Below, one piece after another: positions 34,551 to 37,074 of a DNA stretch of 37,074 nt. How positions within the stretch are numbered: position 1 is the first letter of the stretch; the number at the start of each line of letters is the position of its first letter. The notes beneath the pieces were generated by a model. That model was given only the letters and a program-made list of their open reading frames with translations. It ran no database searches and was not told the DNA's origin. The translations under genes were made by a program, and so were the position numbers. This DNA is from a virus (Duplodnaviria; Caudoviricetes): IMG/VR virus record IMGVR_UViG_3300043449_001791, positions 1-37,074 of that record, one strand, 5' to 3'.

Positions 34551-34900
34551 TGCCCACGATTGACACCACCGGCGGCTGGGAAATGCTAGACAATCCCGAA
34601 CGCATCACCCTACGCAACCCCGATAACCAAGAGGTCACGATTGATTACGGTTTTAGGCGTATGAGCAGGCTTGTTTTTGTCGATGAAGCAGGATTACAGC
34701 GCCCAGGGCAAACGCAAAGATGGCTGGTATGGTCAGCGCACCTAGGCCATTTCAAGCCGACCCCTAATTGCCGGATCACTGACGCCGAGGGCAAACATTA
34801 CTTTGTGGATGATGTGACTTATCAGGGCAATGGCGCCTATTTTGCGCTAGAAACGACCACGGAGGCCGGCCCGGACATTCCGACGGCGCACGACGTATGA
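34550..34900 (+). CDS. Head closure/stopper protein (putative)
   Basis: Position and size; PTPNCRITDAEGKHYFVDDV beta pattern; TAATG overlap. Confidence 0.6.
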   Translation: MPTIDTTGGWEMLDNPERITLRNPDNQEVTIDYGFRRMSRLVFVDEAGLQRPGQTQRWLVWSAHLGHFKPTPNCRITDAEGKHYFVDDVTYQGNGAYFALETTTEAGPDIPTAHDV

Positions 34901-35337
34901 GCACGTATTTTGACATTTTAGAGGCCGTAAAACAGCGAGTAATCGGCTGTTGTGACGACATTACGCCCGTGATCCGCAAGCGCCCAATATTGCTGGCCTC
35001 GGATGGGCTTCCGGCCATCATCATCAGCCCCGGCCCCGGCGCTGAGACCGTGGGCGAAGAGATGTTTTCCCGCACCGTGCAATATCTCTACCCCGTAACG
35101 ATTACCTTAGTGAGCGCCAGCGACCGGGTGACCGAGGTTGATGTGCATGGGATTTTGGATCTCCGGGAGCGCATCCGGCAGGCGGTCTATCAACCCCTGC
35201 TTGACGGCGTCGCAAGCATCGTCAACACCACGATTGACCTAGACCCGCCGTTTTCGACCGCCGCCGGCCCCAGCACCGTCTACGACGTCACCGCCATCCG
35301 ATTGACTTTCACCGCCACCGAACAAAGGAGCGCCTAA
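34897..35337 (+). CDS. Tail terminator/completion protein (putative)
   Basis: Position; LPAIIISP...YPVTITLV...RERIRQAV pattern. Confidence 0.6.
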   Translation: MSTYFDILEAVKQRVIGCCDDITPVIRKRPILLASDGLPAIIISPGPGAETVGEEMFSRTVQYLYPVTITLVSASDRVTEVDVHGILDLRERIRQAVYQPLLDGVASIVNTTIDLDPPFSTAAGPSTVYDVTAIRLTFTATEQRSA

Positions 35338-35338
35338 C

Positions 35339-35815
35339 ATGGCCCTAACCACATCCGTCATCACCGGCAAAATCCAATGGTCGCAGATCAAAACCAACAC
35401 CGGCTTTGCCAATACTAGGCAGGGCCCCGATGCCATCGCATCAAGCATTACGCCTCCGGTGAACACGATCAACGAGATTTTCTGTGAAACCCGCACCCTA
35501 GCGGCGGCGGCCAGCCATACCTACAACCTGCAGGCCCTGACCAACTTTTTTGGGGAGGCCATCCTGTTCACCAAGGTCCGCGCCTTGCACTTGTCCACCA
35601 CCGGCGGCCAAATCACCCTGTCACCGGGGGCGGCAGATCCCCTGACGTGGTTTATGGGCGGCACTAACCCCACTTTAACTTTACCCAACGGGTCATTTAT
35701 TACTATCGGCATGGGAACCAATACGACCGTAAGCGGATCGGCCAAAACCCTGACGATAGAAAACACCGGAAACACCAGCGCGACCTACCAAATTACCCTG
35801 GTCGGCGGCGTCTAA
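35339..35815 (+). CDS. Hypothetical structural protein
   Basis: AAGGAG RBS; Thr/Gly-rich beta protein within the tail block. Confidence 0.65.
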   Translation: MALTTSVITGKIQWSQIKTNTGFANTRQGPDAIASSITPPVNTINEIFCETRTLAAAASHTYNLQALTNFFGEAILFTKVRALHLSTTGGQITLSPGAADPLTWFMGGTNPTLTLPNGSFITIGMGTNTTVSGSAKTLTIENTGNTSATYQITLVGGV

Positions 35816-35829
35816 CAGGAGATAAAATC

Positions 35830-36198
35830 ATGGCATTCTTTGCAGGCAAGGCAGGATCAGTGAGCGTGGGCGGCGGCGCCAAAAAATTGACCGACTGGTC
35901 CTTGGATTACAAGGCCGATCCGATTGAAACCACCAATTTTGAAGACGCCGGTTACGCCTCGCATGTCTACGGCATTAAAAGCGCTGACATCAGCGCCAGC
36001 GGGCCCTACGAGGGCGCAGCCGGCGGGCAGCCAGGTGCCGGCGACCATGTGACTTTTATCTTGGATTGCGGCGGGGCGGGCCCAACATTTACCGTTAATG
36101 CTTTGCTGACCTCGGTCAAGATTGACCAGAACGTCAAGGACGTGGCCAAAATCAGCTACACAGCCACATCTACCGGCGAGTTCACCATCACCGTTTAA
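35830..36198 (+). CDS. Major tail tube protein
   Basis: AGKAGSV...WSLDYKADPIETTNF...GIKSADISASG...ISYTATSTG. Confidence 0.8.
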   Translation: MAFFAGKAGSVSVGGGAKKLTDWSLDYKADPIETTNFEDAGYASHVYGIKSADISASGPYEGAAGGQPGAGDHVTFILDCGGAGPTFTVNALLTSVKIDQNVKDVAKISYTATSTGEFTITV

Positions 36199-36207
36199 GG
36201 GGCCTAA

Positions 36208-36687
36208 ATGCCAACGACGAGCGAAGCACTGGGGGCGGCAGCGGCCCCCACTTGCATTGAATACGATGGAAAAACGTATAAAGCCGGTTTGATCACCCAG
36301 CGCATTAAATCCCAGGTCGAGCGCTGGCTGGAAAAGCGGGCCATGGCCTCCGTGATGCGCTTCCGGGCGGATCTGGACATGACCGAGTTTCGCAATCTTA
36401 GCGCAGCCGTGACCGCCGACATCGCAGCCGGAAAATATGCCTTTGGTGGCCCTTATTGCACCGAAGCGCTGGGCACCATGGCCGGCGGCGTGGCGTTTGC
36501 CAGTTTTATTTTCAACTGCACCGAGGAGGAAATGGAAGCTCTGTTTTTGGCACGGCCCGAGGAAGTGACGCAGGTACTTGAGCTAGTGCAGGCCCAGAGC
36601 TTCCCGCAAAAAAAAACGGAACCGGCGGAGGACATGAGGCCGCCGACACCGAGTCCGACGGGCGAAGAATCTACGCCGGCTACATAA
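36208..36687 (+). CDS. Tail assembly chaperone (gpG-like)
   Basis: Follows the tail tube gene; contains a slippery A run near its end. Confidence 0.75.
   Translation: MPTTSEALGAAAAPTCIEYDGKTYKAGLITQRIKSQVERWLEKRAMASVMRFRADLDMTEFRNLSAAVTADIAAGKYAFGGPYCTEALGTMAGGVAFASFIFNCTEEEMEALFLARPEEVTQVLELVQAQSFPQKKTEPAEDMRPPTPSPTGEESTPAT
36609..36615 (+). other. Programmed -1 ribosomal frameshift site A-AAA-AAA
   Basis: In-frame X XXY YYZ heptamer within a 9-A run; the -1 frame is open to 36995. Confidence 0.75.
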
Positions 36688-36995
36688 ATGTCTATCAGCT
36701 TTACGCGTGCCTGATCGACGCCCCGTACCACCTGACGTTTAGCGCCATTGCCGATTTGACCGACCGCCAGATATACGACCTCTATTACCGGGCGAGGGAC
36801 AAGGACGGGGCACCCGAGCCGATCCCCGACCCCGAGGCCGAATGGCAGCGCAAAGAGGTGGCCGAGGACGCCAACACGCCAGAGGCCAAGGCCAAGAGCT
36901 ACAGCCAGTTTATGTCGATGGCGGCAACGTTTGGGATGGACCTAGCTAAAGCGCAGGCAAAATGGGACGAGGCGCAGGCAAAACATGGAACTTGA
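36615..36995 (+). CDS. gpT-like frameshifted extension of the tail chaperone
   Basis: -1 frame reads NGTGGG...LIDAPYHLTFSAIADLTDRQIYDLYY..., continuous with ORF 36756..36995. Confidence 0.7.
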   Translation, partial: NGTGGGHEAADTESDGRRIYAGYINVYQLYACLIDAPYHLTFSAIADLTDRQIYDLYYRARDKDGAPEPIPDPEAEWQRKEVAEDANTPEAKAKSYSQFMSMAATFGMDLAKAQAKWDEAQAKHGT

Positions 36996-37074
36996 TTTAC
37001 CCACAGGCACAGGCGGCAACAACGGCGGCGACCACCTCGCCAAATTTTTAAGCACGCTCACGCAGCTAGTCGAC
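36985..37074 (+). CDS. Probable tape measure protein N-terminus (3' truncated by window)
   Basis: ATG overlapping the gpT stop region, open to the window end; assignment is positional only. Confidence 0.5.
   Translation, partial: MELDLPTGTGGNNGGDHLAKFLSTLTQLVD

Larger units (their letters stand above)
1..37074. mobile_element. Temperate tailed bacteriophage genome segment (attP form, siphovirus-like)
   Basis: Integrase, terminase, portal, capsid, tail and replication genes in phage order; phage genes on both sides of the att core; no host housekeeping genes. Confidence 0.95.

Overview
The whole window is one temperate tailed phage (siphovirus-like gene order) in its non-integrated form, and appears to cover most of a circularly permuted genome. 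It begins in the tail-fibre genes and continues through an atypical lysis cassette (C39-like cysteine peptidase plus holin-like proteins). Next come a tyrosine integrase whose 3' end contains an attP made of a partial tRNA-Arg(UCG), a regulatory region with ribbon-helix-helix/wHTH proteins and phased operator arrays, and a recombination/replication module (CsrA-like, RecT-like, Gp157-like, iteron-bearing initiator, DUF669 SSB). Accessory genes follow, then terminase, a C5 DNA methyltransferase, portal, a sigma factor, protease/scaffold, major capsid protein and a ~2,140-aa polyvalent protein (GNAT, LPD1 zincin, ART). The window ends with a reverse-strand moron, head-tail and tail genes, and the start of the probable tape measure gene. 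Several motifs suggest a Planctomycetota host (inference only). The most unexplained signal is a pair of tandem ~70-nt RNA elements at 15196-15344. They share one three-way-junction scaffold but have different loops, and sit directly upstream of an AT-rich two-gene cassette ending in a GIY-YIG nuclease gene. All family assignments come from motif recognition by eye; no searches were run.
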